A DNA stretch of 64,000 nucleotides from Macrostomum lignano. Lineage: Eukaryota. The translations under genes and the position numbers were made by a program. The notes beneath the pieces were generated by a model. That model ran no database searches. It was not told the origin of the DNA and was given only the letters and a program-made list of their open reading frames with translations. Shown one piece after another: positions 22,491-37,756 of this stretch. Every line of letters begins with the position of its first letter. Within the stretch, counting starts at the first letter, position 1. The DNA lies in assembly GCA_002269645.1 (NCBI GenBank), contig NIVC01002429.1:110620-174619 (forward strand). The letters are read 5' to 3'.

Positions 22491-24110
22491 TCAAGACGCG
22501 CCGTCTGGTGCTGCGCGCTGGGTGTCGGTCGTAGCCACCCTCAGCAGCGCGCTCAGCTTTGCCCGCGCGGCCGTGCTTTTGGACGGGGCGGTTTGCTTTG
22601 CCTGGGCAGAAGCTCCCGCCTCGGCCCCGGCCGCCTCCGTGTCCCGCCCGCCCTGCTCACAGCCACGGGGAGGGTCGGCCTCGTAGGTGCGGATGCGCAG
22701 CTTCCAAAGGCCGAGGTTGATGAAGCTGCCGTGCGGATAGCGCCTCATCCAGGCGTCCGACAGCCCAGGATGGCTGTGAAGCCAGTGCCGTCGGTGCGCT
22801 TAAGGGTGTCATGCACCACTAGGCCCGCGGCGGGAAGCTCTCGGTGGACTGCTAGCAGTCCTTTCCGGAGCTCATCAGCAGATGTAACGACGCTTCTGGC
22901 CGGAACCCAGATTCGATGCCTCTTGGTCCGGGGGCGCTCGTCCTCTCTGCAGAAGGCTAGATTGAGGTCCCAGCACTGCTCGGGCAGCAGCTCAAGGAGC
23001 CGCCGTCCCGATTCAGCATCACTGGGCCAAATAAAAAGGCACGAGTCCCTCGTCGCATTCGAGTGAATGTTCAGAGGCGTGCCCTTCAGAGTAAGCTTCC
23101 ACAGGAGGCCATCAACGGCACCTCTCACCTGCTTCAGCTGGTTCGGGGACAGGCGCGCGTCCTTCCCCAGAATGACAACCGCCGGTTGCCTCTTTGCCGC
23201 ATCAGCATAGGAGGCCCGGGAGTCGGTCGAGCCTTTTTCAGGAGACCTGTCCATCCTTCCGGCTGCATCAGCCTTCCTATCCTGGGCAGGGACTTCAGTG
23301 CCCTCTTCCGCCACCGCCCCAGATTGGGAAGCTTCCGCTGCCGCGGGCCGTTGGCCCATGGCGCCGGTTAGGCTTCCATCCTCCTTGGCCCGCCTCGCCT
23401 TGTTAAGTCGACGGCGGGCAGCTCCAGAGGTGGTGCTCAGCTGCTTGGCAGCTGGAGTAGCAGGTGTCTTCTCGGAGGCACCGCTCAGAGTTGGCTCCAC
23501 GGGTCTCGCCGAGGCGTCCCTGATGGTAGCAGATGGTATGGCCGCGGAGTCCACGGCCCCGGCCGAGGCCGGAGGCACTGTGTCATCCACAGCCGGTTGG
23601 TTACTTCGGCTAGAAGCCATTGGCTGGAAGTAAAAAGGTGGGACTTCCTGCAGAGCACAGGCAAAGAGCCGCAAGGCCGCAACCCCAAACCAAGCGGCAG
23701 GTCCACAAAAAGCAAAAAACGAGCTACCACCCTGCGGGGGACCCAAAAGCCCAGGGGAACCGTTAGCGACCAGACTACTCCCTGGCCAAGCGTCCATCAG
23801 CACGGAGTTACACTGGGACCTTAGAGGGTGCGTTTAAGGACCAGGACCAGGCGCCAACGAATCAGCTCGGCAAGGCCCAAGGAGGCCTACCTGAACACCC
23901 ACGGGACGAGTACCCTTCGAAGTGCACCTTGCAAGGTGAAAAGCAGGAGACAGAGTCTCTTGAGATATCAGCCCACCAGGGGAGGCAGGTGTGAGCATCG
24001 CTGGCTGGGATAAAGGCCATACCAGTCTCATACTGCACAGATAGTTCACCACGCCATTACGTGCAGGACCCGGGGTCCTGAGGGCAACAGCTCCATCGAT
24101 TTCGTCATAC
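22491..24110 (-). mobile_element. Non-LTR retrotransposon 5' region and ORF1 (gag-like; DUF4780/LOA-type by inference) with a 1-bp frameshift
   Basis: ORF from ATG 23620 with SYADAAK, RIWVP and LAVHRELP segments; a frameshift near 22765 continues into LSDAWMRR...NLGLWKLRIR. Same strand as, and upstream of, the ORF2 fragment. Confidence 0.65.
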
Positions 24111-24965
24111 ACTGTTCATACATCTTAAACATGTAGTATTCGATTACATAACATGTAGGATGCAAATCATGACACGAGGGCAACGAAAATGAAAAATGTA
24201 TTCGTATTCAATTTAAGTTAGTTTATAAATAATAATTATTATAGAGTTCCGGTAAAGATTTAATATTATGCTTATTATGTACAAATTGTAAATGCAACAA
24301 TTTGTTTGTGAATATACACAATTGGGGACAGCTACCGGTGAACATACTGAATAAAACACATATTCTATAGCTTCATAAAAGTATGCATTGTCTCCATGCA
24401 GTACAAGTAGCAGTGTCAACCATTTGTGTAAAATTCGTGCACAAGTTGCTTTTAATTAATTCTCAATTTACTGGAGAACTAATCCTACCGCCTACTCGTA
24501 TACTCGCACGCATTATCTGACGTCCGGTCGACGCTAATTACTCGGCCGTCAGCCGGGTTAGTAACATCCAATTTCGCCCAGTACACTCGCTGGGGCGGAT
24601 CAATTGCAAGCAGCTTGAATACCGGTTATACTGGAGTAGAAGATTTAGCAGGCAGTGATGAGGCGCACTGCCGCACTACACTCGAGCAGCTGCGAGAGGA
24701 TGCGTGGGCATAAAAGGTACAGCTGATACGAGATTGCCTAAATAAGCGCCTGAAGCAAATACACCAGCATAATTAGTCAGAGCGATAAAGCACGAATGAT
24801 AAAAACTGTCTGATACTCGTAATGTGCTAAGCAATATAAAGACAAGCAAAAGACTCTTGATCTTAATCTGAACCTACCCTTAATGTGAATGCGAATTTTC
24901 ATAAATTATTAATTGATTATTTGATAAATATTAGTTGGATGCTCATGACTTGACAGGTGGAGAGC

Positions 24966-25490
24966 AGGGTGAATCAATTCCCAGCTACCATTTCCGGAGT
25001 GAATCAATTCCCAGCTAACATTTCCGGAGTGAATCAATTCCCAGCTAACATTTCCGGAGTGAATCAATTCCCAGCTACCATTTCCGGAGTGAATCAATTC
25101 CCAGCTAACATTTCCGGAGTGAATCAATTCCCAGCTACCATTTCCGGAGTGAATCAATTCCCAGCTAACATTTCCGGAGTGAATCATTTCCCAGCTACCA
25201 TTTCTGGAGTGAATCTTCTTAGCTATCAATTCAGGAGAGAAGCTTCCCAGCTGGTCTGGAGTGAATCTTCCCAGCTACCAATTTCGGAGTGAATCTCTTT
25301 AGATGCCATTTTCGGAGTGAATCTTCCCAGCTAGCAATTCCGGAGTGAATCTTCCCAGCTAGCATTTCCGGAGTGAATCTTCCCAGCTAGCATTTTCGGA
25401 GTGAATCTTCCCAGCTAGCATTTTCGGAGTGAATCTTCCCAGCTAGCATTTCCAGAGTAAATCTCCTTAGATGCCATTTTCGGAGTGAAT
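24966..25490. repeat. 30-bp minisatellite
   Basis: GAGTGAATCAATTCCCAGCTA(C/A)CATTTCCG, degenerating rightwards. Confidence 0.92.
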
Positions 25491-27892
25491 CTAATCCTTT
25501 TTTACCATCTCCAGCGTGACTATGCCTCCAGCAGCCAGATTAAAATGCCGATGACCCAGCAACAACCCAGGTCATGGGTATGAAATGGCAGAGATGGCAA
25601 CTGTTTACCTTAGATGGCATGGCATGGTAACAGTGAAGAGAGCTCTGTTTGCCCATTGCACATGGCTTACGAGTAAATCATGATCACAGTAATAGCAGTA
25701 ATAGCACAAAAGAGTCGAATGCTAACAAGAGAGACTCAGCGAGGAACTCAGACAGATATTGCGTGCAGCAGAAAGTCAGCGGTTATTGCTTTTAGTGTTT
25801 CATGTGACCTTTTGTCAGGGCATTGGATGAAATATAATATTACTGAGGTATCTAGAGCAGATTAGGCAAAATGTATCCGGAACTGGTCCTGAATTCGCTA
25901 GCAGAACAAATGGGGATGCCAATTTGATCGCTGGAATGGAACCTAAAGCAAGGAACCGAGAGCTGGTTGAGATTATCCCATGCTCTGCTGTTAGAGACCT
26001 GAACCTCCTGCACATCATCAGCCACACAGTTGATGTTGGTGCATCAGACGTGCTGTGGTGCCGTACAGTATACAGCTATCAAGATTTAACGGTGCGGGCG
26101 ATAACTGCTGCAACGAGATGCTGAGAACACGATTATCCAGGACTCCTGCGGGTGGCTCCTCCGGATTAGTCAGGCAGCTAAGTTAGTGTGAACTTGCTTA
26201 GAAAATGCCGCTGCAGCTGCAGCTCGTCCATGAAGTGTTGCCGTCTTGGCTCTGACTGTTGGCTCGGACGTCATCAAGTTGGTCATTATTGCGGTGTGCA
26301 CCTCTCTACCCCTGACTGAAACTGTGTCCTGCATAGCAACCCAAGAGTTTTAGCACAGTCTGCAGTCCTACTCAAGGAGTCGCCTACCTCTTGACATACA
26401 AAGAGGTATAAAGTTAACATACACTTTTTGAGCCGACTTGCTGATCCCGAACGAAGAGGAGATCGGGATGGAATCTCTCGGCATTTACTGACTCAACAGT
26501 TACTGACTCCAGTATAGGTTTGGTGCGGGGTTCCATTGTAGAGCCCTAAATTGGCATCGTTTTTGTAGGTCAGAGTTATAAAAACAAAACTGCTGCCACC
26601 TCAATGCGCTCAGAGGAAGTTTAATTCCGTTTGTTAAACTGCATCCAATCTAAATTGGCGTCAAAAGGGACATAATTGTTAAACAATCTTTAAACAGCCT
26701 ATTAACTACCGTAAAACCTTAACTACCTTGAGAATCGGATCTGGTCAATAGAATCGAGTCAGGGCAACCTTGCGGCCCTTGAATGATGTCGATTTGTTTA
26801 AATTAAACAAATGCAATCTTTTGCCAACAAGAAAATGTCTATTGATAAGAATTCTGTTATCCAGCAGACTAAGCTGCTCTGTCAGTCAAGTTCCTAGAAA
26901 TTTCCGGAATCCTTCTGCGCGTGCCAGAATGCGAGATTTGCCTTTCAGAGCGCAGAGTAAAAACACCCAAAAAGTGTAGACTTTGGGGGCCTATATCGAT
27001 ATTCTGCAGTCTAAATTTAGAGCCATCTTCGTGCAAAACATATTTGCAATTTTTTTATCAATGATGACGTTAAGGCTCGTACAGCTAAGGTCGCAACAAG
27101 CAGTCTTTAGCGTACCAAAATGATAACCAAAAGTCTAAAAATGACATGAAATTCTATGAAAAAAAATCTGAAGAAAAACCGGAAACAAGAAGATCGTACT
27201 AAAAATGGGAAGAAGAGATGGTGCGATATCTTGGGAGCGAAGACAATCCTATATTCAACAGGATTGCTGGCTGCCAGGCGTGTGGGATCAATCTGGACCC
27301 GGACTCTCCACCGTACGGTACCGGAAACGCCGATTCTCCACGTTCAAGCGGAAGTCAATGCTGGCAGCTCACACCATCGACTGTAAAGAAGCTGCAACCG
27401 AAACGTCGAATGGATGGATGAGGGAGCAACACATTTTGCATATAGTGTACACAGGTTATTCCCTTCGCGTTGACGATAGAGAATCTCAGAATGTCGGAAC
27501 TCCATCCAGACTGACTTTAATCGTGTACTTGATTATTGGGAAGCGACATTTCAGTTGCCCAAAGGCATTCTCAATCACTGCCCTGCCCCGTGGAAAAAAA
27601 ATCTCTTCAGGTGAGGCCGGACCCGATATTGACCCGAGTTTCGCTTATTTTCTGAGTTTTTAGTTAGAGAACTAGCAAACTAATGCAAGAAGCAAAAATT
27701 ATCCATGCAATTCCATTAAAAGCACATTTTCTTGAGAACTGGTTATTTCTTCGGTTTTATAGATCACCTTATTCGAGTAAAATTGTCATGGACAAAAATG
27801 TTTGCTATGAATATCTTTTTTCTAAAAGTAACAAAAGTACACAACAAAATAAAGCCTTCACAAAGATAATTGGCATTCCACCCAAGTCGAAA

Positions 27893-29415
27893 GCATCCCC
27901 TAGATAGCAAGCATCCCCCAGAAAGCAAGCATCCCCCAGACAGCAAGCATCTCCCAGATAGCAAGCATCCCCCAGACAGCAAGCATCCCCCAGATAGCAA
28001 GCATCACCCAGATAGCAAGCATCCCCCAATACCCGATAGCAAACAACCCCAGATAGCAAGCATCCCCCAGATAGCAAGCATCACCCAGATTGCAAGCATC
28101 CCCCAGATAGCAAGCATCACCCAGATAGCAAGCATCCCCCAGATAGCAAGCATCCCCCAGACAGCAAGCATCCCCCAGATAGCAAGCATCCCCCAGATAG
28201 CAAGCATCCCCCAGATAACAAGCATCCTCCAGATAGCAAGCATCACCCAGATTGCAAGCATCCCCCAGATAGCAAGCATCACCCAGATAGCAAGCATCCC
28301 CCAGATAGCAAGCATCCCCCAGACAGCAAGCATCCCCCAGATAGCAAGCATCACCCAGATAGCAAGCATCCCCCGATACCCGATAGCAAACAACCCCAGA
28401 TAGCAAACATCCCCCAGATAGCAAGCATCACCCAGATTGCAAGCATCCCCCAGATAGCAAGCATCACCCAGATTGCAAGCATCCCCAGATAGCAAGCATC
28501 ACCCAGATTGCAAGCATCCCCCCAGATAGCAAGCATCCCCCGATACCCGATAGCAAACAACCCCAGATAGCAAGCATCCCCCAGATAGCAAGCATCACCC
28601 AGATTGCAAGCATCCCCCAGATAGCAAGCATCACCCAGATTGCAAGCATCCCCAGATAGCAAGCATCACCCAGATTGCAAGCATCCCCCCAGATAGCAAG
28701 CATCCCCGATACCCGATAGCAAACAACCCCAGATAGCAAGCATCCCCCAGATAGCAAGCATCACCCAGATTGCAAGCATCCCCCAGATAGCAAGCATCAC
28801 CCAGATTGCAAGCATCCCCCAGATAGCAAGCATCACCCAGATTGCAAGCATCCCCCAGACAGCAAGCATCCCCCAGACAGCAAGCATCACCCAGATAGCA
28901 AGCATCCCTGGATAGCAAGCATCCCCCAGATAGCAAGCATCCCCCCAAAAGCAAGCATCCCCCAGATAGCAAGCATCCCCCAGATAGCAAGCATCCCCCA
29001 GATAGCAAGCATCCCCCCAAAAGCAAGCATCCCCCAGATAGCAAGCATCCCCCAGATAGCAAGCATCCCCCAAATAGCAAGCATCCCCCAGATAGCAAGC
29101 ATCCCCCAGATAGCAAGCATCCCCCAGATAGCAAGCATCCCCCAGATAGCAAGCATCCCCCAAAAGCAAGCATCCCCCAGATAGCAAGCATCCCCCAGAT
29201 AGCAAGCATCCCCCAGATAGCAAGCATCCCCCAGATAGCAAGCATCCCCCAGATAGCAAGCATCCCCCAGATAGCAAGCATCCCCCCAAAAGCAAGCATC
29301 CCCCAGATAGCAAGCATCCCCCAAAAGCAAGCATCCCCCAGATAGCAAGCATCCCCCCAAAAGCAAGCATCCCCCAGATAGCAAGCATCCCCCAGATAGC
29401 AAGCATCCCCCAGAT
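27893..29415. repeat. 18-bp satellite, ~1.5 kb
   Basis: CCAGATAGCAAGCATCCC repeated; source of the MLAIWG, GDACYL and GGCLLS ORFs. Confidence 0.96.
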
Positions 29416-29897
29416 TTTGCTAAAAAACCGCTCTGTTTCTGGAAAAATTGCTCCGATCTACACGATAATTGGTTGCTTTCCTTAGAACAGATGTTAAGAT
29501 TTCTTAGAAAATCATTTTTGGTTCATAATGGCTTCTTTATGCCTGATTTTTATGAACATTTGCGGGAGACTGATGATCCAAATCTTGTAAAGTATTTCCA
29601 AATTTTTCGGCTCAACTGTCGGCTCAACCAATTCCCAAATGATGCACTCTGCCAGCTCATTGGAAGGGTCGGTCTGTTCCCATTCTGAGAGCAAGACCCA
29701 CCCCCACCCCCCAATCCAATGGTTGTCAAGCAAATCCGGAGCGGACAAAAAGGCGCAGCTCGACTGGCGATTCGAACTTCGCTTCGCAAATTGAATCGAA
29801 TCTCAGCCGCAATTCGGCACCAGTTCCGCTCCGACTCTCGCAGACTACAGACGCTTGCAGCGGCGGGAGTTCCTCACACACAAAAGGCGACTCGGCA

Positions 29898-31786
<1,889 letters not shown>

Positions 31787-32989
31787 GCTACTGAGAGACG
31801 GAGAGGTCCGATATCGATATTATCAGTTCACCGCCCTGTCTCACCAAGCAATTCTTTGTTTCTTTAGACTTTCTCTGCATGTCAGCGAAGGAAGAACGAA
31901 CCGCTCTCAAACTTTTTCTGTCGGCCCAGTCCCGTGAAAGCTGATGAAATAAATAAATAACCCGAATTTCTAGTAGCAACACGGGCTGCAAGAGACTGCA
32001 ATTTGGCAAACGATTCAATTTAAGCAAGTTTTCTTTTTTAATACGTTTTTGAATTCTCGCATTTTAACAAAGTTTGTAGAGTAGAACTAGTATTGCAAAA
32101 AATTATAATAAAAGTTATCCGTCAACAAAAAGTATATTAAAAAATATAAAAAATTGGTTAAGGCATTCAAAAAAACAAAAAATAGTATAACAAAAATATG
32201 ACGTCATCCAGAAAGAAAACCGTTTTTTTTCAATAGTTTTTTAACTAACGAATGCATTTAAACAAAATAAAGAATAACATAACAAAAGTACGATGTCATC
32301 AAGAAAAATATTTGGACATTGTAAATTTGGAGATTTTTTAAATTGATGCATTTAAAAAAAGAAATAATAACATAACAAAAGTATGACGTCATCGAGAAGA
32401 ATATTGAAGATTTTAGACATTTGGGCGGGGCTTATTTGATAAATATCCCCAAGAGAGAGGGATTCAATTCCCATCAATAGCCATCCGATAGACCCCTGCT
32501 ACAGTAACACTAGAGCTGGGGACCATTGAATTTCTAGGAAATGTTTGGAAAAGCCTCCCATTTGAGTAAATTTGTTACAGAGATCTTATTTTCGCCCGGG
32601 ACTCGAACCCACCAACCCCACCTCCTCGGGATCAGGTGTCCCGGGGACGCCAAATTCGCATCGATACTAAAATGCAGCTCGGCTCCGGTTTCCAGGAATG
32701 TTCAATATTTTAGCTGGCTTTTACAATGCTTTTTAATGCCTGTTTTGCTTCATCAATGAGGATTTTGTGCTTCGATACCTCTCAGTATTCGAATATTGCC
32801 TCCCCCGAGATAATTTGGCTCAAATTTTTCTGTGCCAACGCACTGCCGTGAGTTATTTTCAGCAAAATATCAGTATTGAAAATAAGCCAATACTTCATTT
32901 TGTGACCTTGTGAGCAGCGGAAGGAGTTTCAGGTTTTGCCGTTATGCCGGCCTTGTATCGGTCCGCAATGTCAGTACTTCGTCGCCGCG

Positions 32990-33275
32990 GACTTGCCTGG
33001 ACGGCCTTCCGGTCCGCGTTGTTCCAGGGTGGCGTTATTCCAGGCGGTGATCGAGACCCCTGAGACCTGGACACTGACGGACTCGCTCAAACAGCAGGTC
33101 GATGCGGCGCACTTTGGCCTGCAGTGCGCCGCCTTCAAGATCGGCTACGAGCGAGTCACCAATGCGGCACTCTATCGCCGCACCGGCCTGTCCCATCCCA
33201 GCGAACTGTTGCGCCGTCGGGGACTCCAGCTGGCAGGCCTGATCATCCGAGCTGAGTCCCCCTGCCGCAACGGGT
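32990..33275 (+). mobile_element. RTE-like non-LTR retrotransposon 3' ORF fragment
   Basis: ETWTLTDSLKQQVDAAH...VTNAALYRRTG...LRRRGLQLAGLIIR resembles the post-RT ETWTL...VTNEELY...RRLxxAGHxxR region of RTE-type elements. Confidence 0.65.
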
Positions 33276-33344
33276 GCTGGTGCCTTGAAACGCGCCCTGT
33301 GACGTTGTACTTGCCTCTTCTGACTCGCATGGCTGGCTCACAAC

Positions 33345-33885
33345 GTATTTTGTTGTTGTGTCGGTGTTGTCATGTCGGTGTTGTTGTGTCGTTGTTGTGA
33401 TGTTATTTTGTCATGTCGGTGTTGTCATGTTGGTGTTGTTGTGTCGGTGTTGTCATGTCGATGTTGTTGTATCGGTGTTGTCATGTCGGTGTTGTTGTAT
33501 CGGTGTTGTCATGTCGGTGTTGTTGTGTTGGTGTTGTCATGTCGGTGTCGTTGTGTCGCTGTTGTTAGGTCGGTGTTGTCATGTTGGTGTTGTTGTGTCG
33601 GTTTTGTTGTGTCGCTGTTGTCATGTTGGTGTTGTTGTGTCGGTTTTGTTGTGTCGCTGTTGTTAGGTAGGTGTTGTCATGTTGGTGTTGTTGTGTCGGT
33701 TTTGTTGTGTCGCTGTTGTTAGGTCGGCCTTGTCATGTCGGTGTCGTTGTGTCACTGTTGTTAGGTCGGTGTTGTCATGTCGGTGTTGTCTTGTCAGTGT
33801 TGTGTCGGTGTTGTTGTGTCGGAGTTGTGATGTCGTTTTTGTTATGTCGGTGTTGTTAGGTCAGTGCTGTCATGTCGGTTTTGTT
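33345..33885. repeat. TG-rich degenerate minisatellite
   Basis: GTCGGTGTTGTCAT and TGTTGTGTC units. Confidence 0.9.
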
Positions 33886-34536
33886 TAGTTCGTTTTGACT
33901 CTCTAAACTGAGAGAAAATGTCCTGTTTAATTTGTGAAACCGCGCAGCAAGCAGGCAGTGGTGGGGCAATGGGTTTAAAAGTCCCTGCATTATCGCTAAT
34001 GAGATTTGGAATAAGCTGGTGCTGTATTGAGCCGCTAAAGACTTGATCATCTTTTTATGTGTTTTTTGCTTTCTTTAATACAGCAGAAAGCAGATGGGGT
34101 GCTCCCCGTTTTAATCAGCTGAGGAGACCTGTTGTCTCGGTGTAATTATCGTCTTATTTATAAGCCACCTTGCCTACTCGTAATCTACGAGCTAGTAGCT
34201 GATGTGCATATTGCTGGAATAATTTAAATTAGGAATGTTTGATTCATATTGCTCCAGCTTTTGTTCGCAGCGGAACATCCGCGATCATCCAGTAGGGCGG
34301 GCAAACTCATATTTGATTTTAAAGACCAAAAAAAAGAAGAAACTTGAAGTAAAGATTACCCATCTGTACTTAGTACCCTGAAAAGGAATTTATAATAGCA
34401 CACGTGCACAGGTACATAACTCTTTGCGGTTAAAACTTGATAATTCGACGTAAAAGAGCATGTGAGTTAGTTGGAAAATAAAAGCAGCTAATCTTTTCGC
34501 GTCTCGTATATTTAGATGAATATGGTATTAAACAGT

Positions 34537-37500
34537 TCAGTTTGCAGCCTGCGCCAACTTGTTCTGGGATGCCACAGGAAAGCTGACGTTGCAGTGCGAA
34601 CCGCCGTTGAGCTCTGGGACGCTGAGCTGATGAAGGCAGAGACGGGAGTAAAATTGTGAACTAAGAACTCAGAGCACTCATAAACTCATGAACTCACTCA
34701 TGAAGTAACTGATTAACTCACTCACGAACTAACTCACTCACGAACTAACTCACTCACGAACTAACTCACTCACGAACTAACTCACTCATGAACTCACTCA
34801 TGAAGTAACTGATTAACTCACTCACTCACTCACTCACTCACTCACGAACTAACTCACTCATGAACTCACTCATGAAGTAACTGATTAACTCACTCACGAA
34901 CTAACTCACTCACGAACTAACTCACTCACGAACTAACTCACTCACGAACTAACTCACTCATGAACTCACTCATGAAGTAACTGATTAACTCACTCACTCA
35001 CTCACTCACTCACGAACTAACTCACTCATGAACTCACTCATGAAGTAACTGATTAACTCACTCACTCACTCACTCACTCACGAACTAACTCACTCATGAA
35101 CTCACTCATGAAGTAACTGATTAACTCACTCACTCACTCACTCACTCACTCACTCACTCACTCACGAACTAACTCACTCACGAACTAACTCCCTCATGAA
35201 CTCACTCATGAACTAACTCACTCATGAACTAACTCACTCATGAACTAACTCACTCATGAACTAACTCACTCATGAACTAACTCACTCATGAACTAACTCA
35301 CTCATGAACTCACTCGTGAACTAATTCATGAAATCACTTATGAAATCACTCATGAACTCACTCCTGAACTCACTCCTGAACTCACTCATGAACTCACTCA
35401 TGAACTAACTCACTCATGAACTAACTCACTCATGAACTAACTCACTCATGAACTAACTCACTCATGAACTAACTCACTCATGAACTAACTCACTCATGAA
35501 CTCACTCGTGAACTAATTCATGAAATTACTTATGAACTCACTCATGAACTCAATCATGAACTCACTCACTCATGAACTCACTCATGAACTCACTCATGAA
35601 CTCACTCATGAACTCACTCACTCACTCACCCACTCATGAACTCACTCATGAACTCACTCATGAACTCACTCATAAACTAACTCACTCATGAAGTAACTCA
35701 CTCATGAACTCACTCATGAACTCACTCACTCATGAACCCACTCATGACTTCAATCATAAACTCACTCATGAACTCACTCATGAACCCACTCATGATTTCA
35801 ATAATAAACTCACTCATGAACTCACTCATGAACTCACTCATGAACTCACTCATGAACTCACTCATGAACTAACTCACTCATGAACTCACTCATGAACTCA
35901 CTCATGACTTCAATCATGAACTCACTCATGAACTCACTCATGAACTCACTCATGAACTCACTCATGAACTCACTCATGAACTCACTCATGAACTTACTCA
36001 CCCGGTCAGACGAAGCAGATCGATTCACTTCGCCGAAGGAGGCGGCCAGCCGCCCAGTGGGCCGTCGGTGCCGGCAGACGGCTCGGCCGAAGAGGTCGGC
36101 GACCTGGCAGAGGCTGCGGCCAACGCACAGGTCGGAGAGGCCGCAGGCCAGCAGGAGGCACCAACTGGCGGCCAGCACCAGTGATTGCGCCGTGCGCAGC
36201 TGTACCGGCAGCTGCTGGGTCGCCGGGTCGGCGGGCAGCGGCAGGAGGCCCACCGAGTGCAGCAGCAGGCTCAGCCCTGTGGCCGCCCGGTACGCAGTCA
36301 GCTGATGAAGGAAAGTGGAGCTGGTCTCCTGATTCGAATTCATGATAATCCATAATAATCCATGCCCACCGTCCATGATAATTCATGATAATCCATGCCT
36401 ACTGTCCATGATAATCCATGATAATTCATCCCCACTAGCTGTCCATGATAACCCATGGTAATCCATGCCCACTGTCCATTCCCAAGACAATGCATTTCGG
36501 TTATACCAGCTTGCGCAGAGGCTGCCTAGCGTAACACAATGCCAGAAGGCCACACATGAAGAGCTGCGGGAGGTCAGTAATAATATAGCTTTTTGCAGTC
36601 TGTTTGAGTATAGGAGCAATTGACTTAATCCAGAGCACAGATACTAAAATAACTAGATGGGCCACTCTTCAAATTTGCGTGTAAGCTACTTTCAGTTCAG
36701 TAGTTAAACAGAAGAATTTTAATGTGTTTTCAAAGTCAAAGCTCAATTATTGGCTCTTACCCGCCCCGCAGCTTAAACCCCCGTCCGCCCCAATTTTTAT
36801 TGCCTTTCTCGGAATTCCAGCCTAAAGCTGCCATGTACATTTCAGTGGACTGGCTAATGTACATTATTGCTGAACCAATTAGCAAGTTGTTTACGCCTGC
36901 AAGCTTGGGCTTCTAAACTTATCAAAGTCATTTCAGCTGTCTTTATAAAATAGCTTATATATTCTTCTTTGCTACTGAACTGAAAGTAGAAAGCTGTTCC
37001 ACTAAAGTACATGTATATAGCCTGAGTGGCCCATCTAGTTTTTAGTATCTGTGATCCAGAGGCAGAACGCTACGACAGTAAAGTACAAACAATGCCATCC
37101 CATCCCGATCGCTCACAGACAGGGAGCACCAGAGCGCAATGCCGAGCGGGCCAGAGAGCAGACTGAATTCGCGGCCTCCGCCGCCGCCAGTCAAGCAGGC
37201 GGTCGCAACAGCCAGCGCGAGTCCCAGCAGAGCCAGCAGCAGCTGGGCCCAGCCAAGGTGCGGCGGCACTCGCAGTCCGGTGCGGGCACCAGCCAGTAGG
37301 TCGGCCGAGTCCAAGTCCAGATTGCCCAGTTGTACATCGGCCGCTTCGGCGTTAGCTGCAGCGGCAGCAGCTGCGGCATCAACTGGCGAGGCGGAATCCG
37401 CAGCGGCAGCGGCAGCAGCTTGACCATCTGCTGCACTATCGGCATCGCCGCTGTTCTGTAGCTTTACCGACGCTGCCTGCCGATGTGGCAGCAGTCGAGG

Positions 37501-37626
37501 CATTGGCAGCCCGTCCGATCGACTTCTCTGGTCTACGAGCGAGAAGGCGCTACCGACGCATCCCGCAGTCTTGCTGCGGAAGCTACGTGCCTTGGATTTA
37601 AATGTTCTCAAAAGTGAAGAGTTCAT
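34537..37626 (-). CDS. CD20/MS4A-like (TMEM196/sarcospan-type) four-transmembrane protein, 318 aa, 4 exons
   Basis: Exons 37626-37117, 36563-36507, 36301-36002, 34626-34537, all with phase-0 GT-AG introns; 957 nt. LGWAQLLLALLGL...GPLGIALWCSLS-LFMCGLLAL pattern and four hydrophobic segments. The family call rests on motif resemblance only. Confidence 0.68.
34675..36000. repeat. 12/16-bp intronic satellite (AACTCACTCATG)n
   Basis: Fills almost the whole last intron of the MS4A-like gene. Confidence 0.95.
36636..37053. mobile_element. MITE, 418 bp, ~30-bp TIRs, 8-bp TSD (hAT/P-like by TSD length)
   Basis: TIR CACAGATACTAAAA(T)AACTAGATGGGCCACTC at both ends; TSD ATCCAGAG at 36628-36635 and 37054-37061. 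Confidence 0.88.
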
Positions 37627-37756
37627 TATTTGTAAAACTGATTGATGATGTTTATGGCTAAAACTTAATAAACGTAACCTGATTCTATTATTTATATAGT
37701 ACTGATGCACAAGTAGGCAGTAAAGAATGTCCGACCCCAAATTTTATGCAAGTCTG

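Noticed and set aside
25800-27700. Moderately GC-rich stretch with short ORFs, possibly a decayed transposon
   Set aside because: No recognisable motif, termini or consistent frame.
27764-29406. Long Cys/Trp-rich ORFs (GDACYL, MLAIWG, GGCLLS)
   Set aside because: All frames of an 18-bp satellite.
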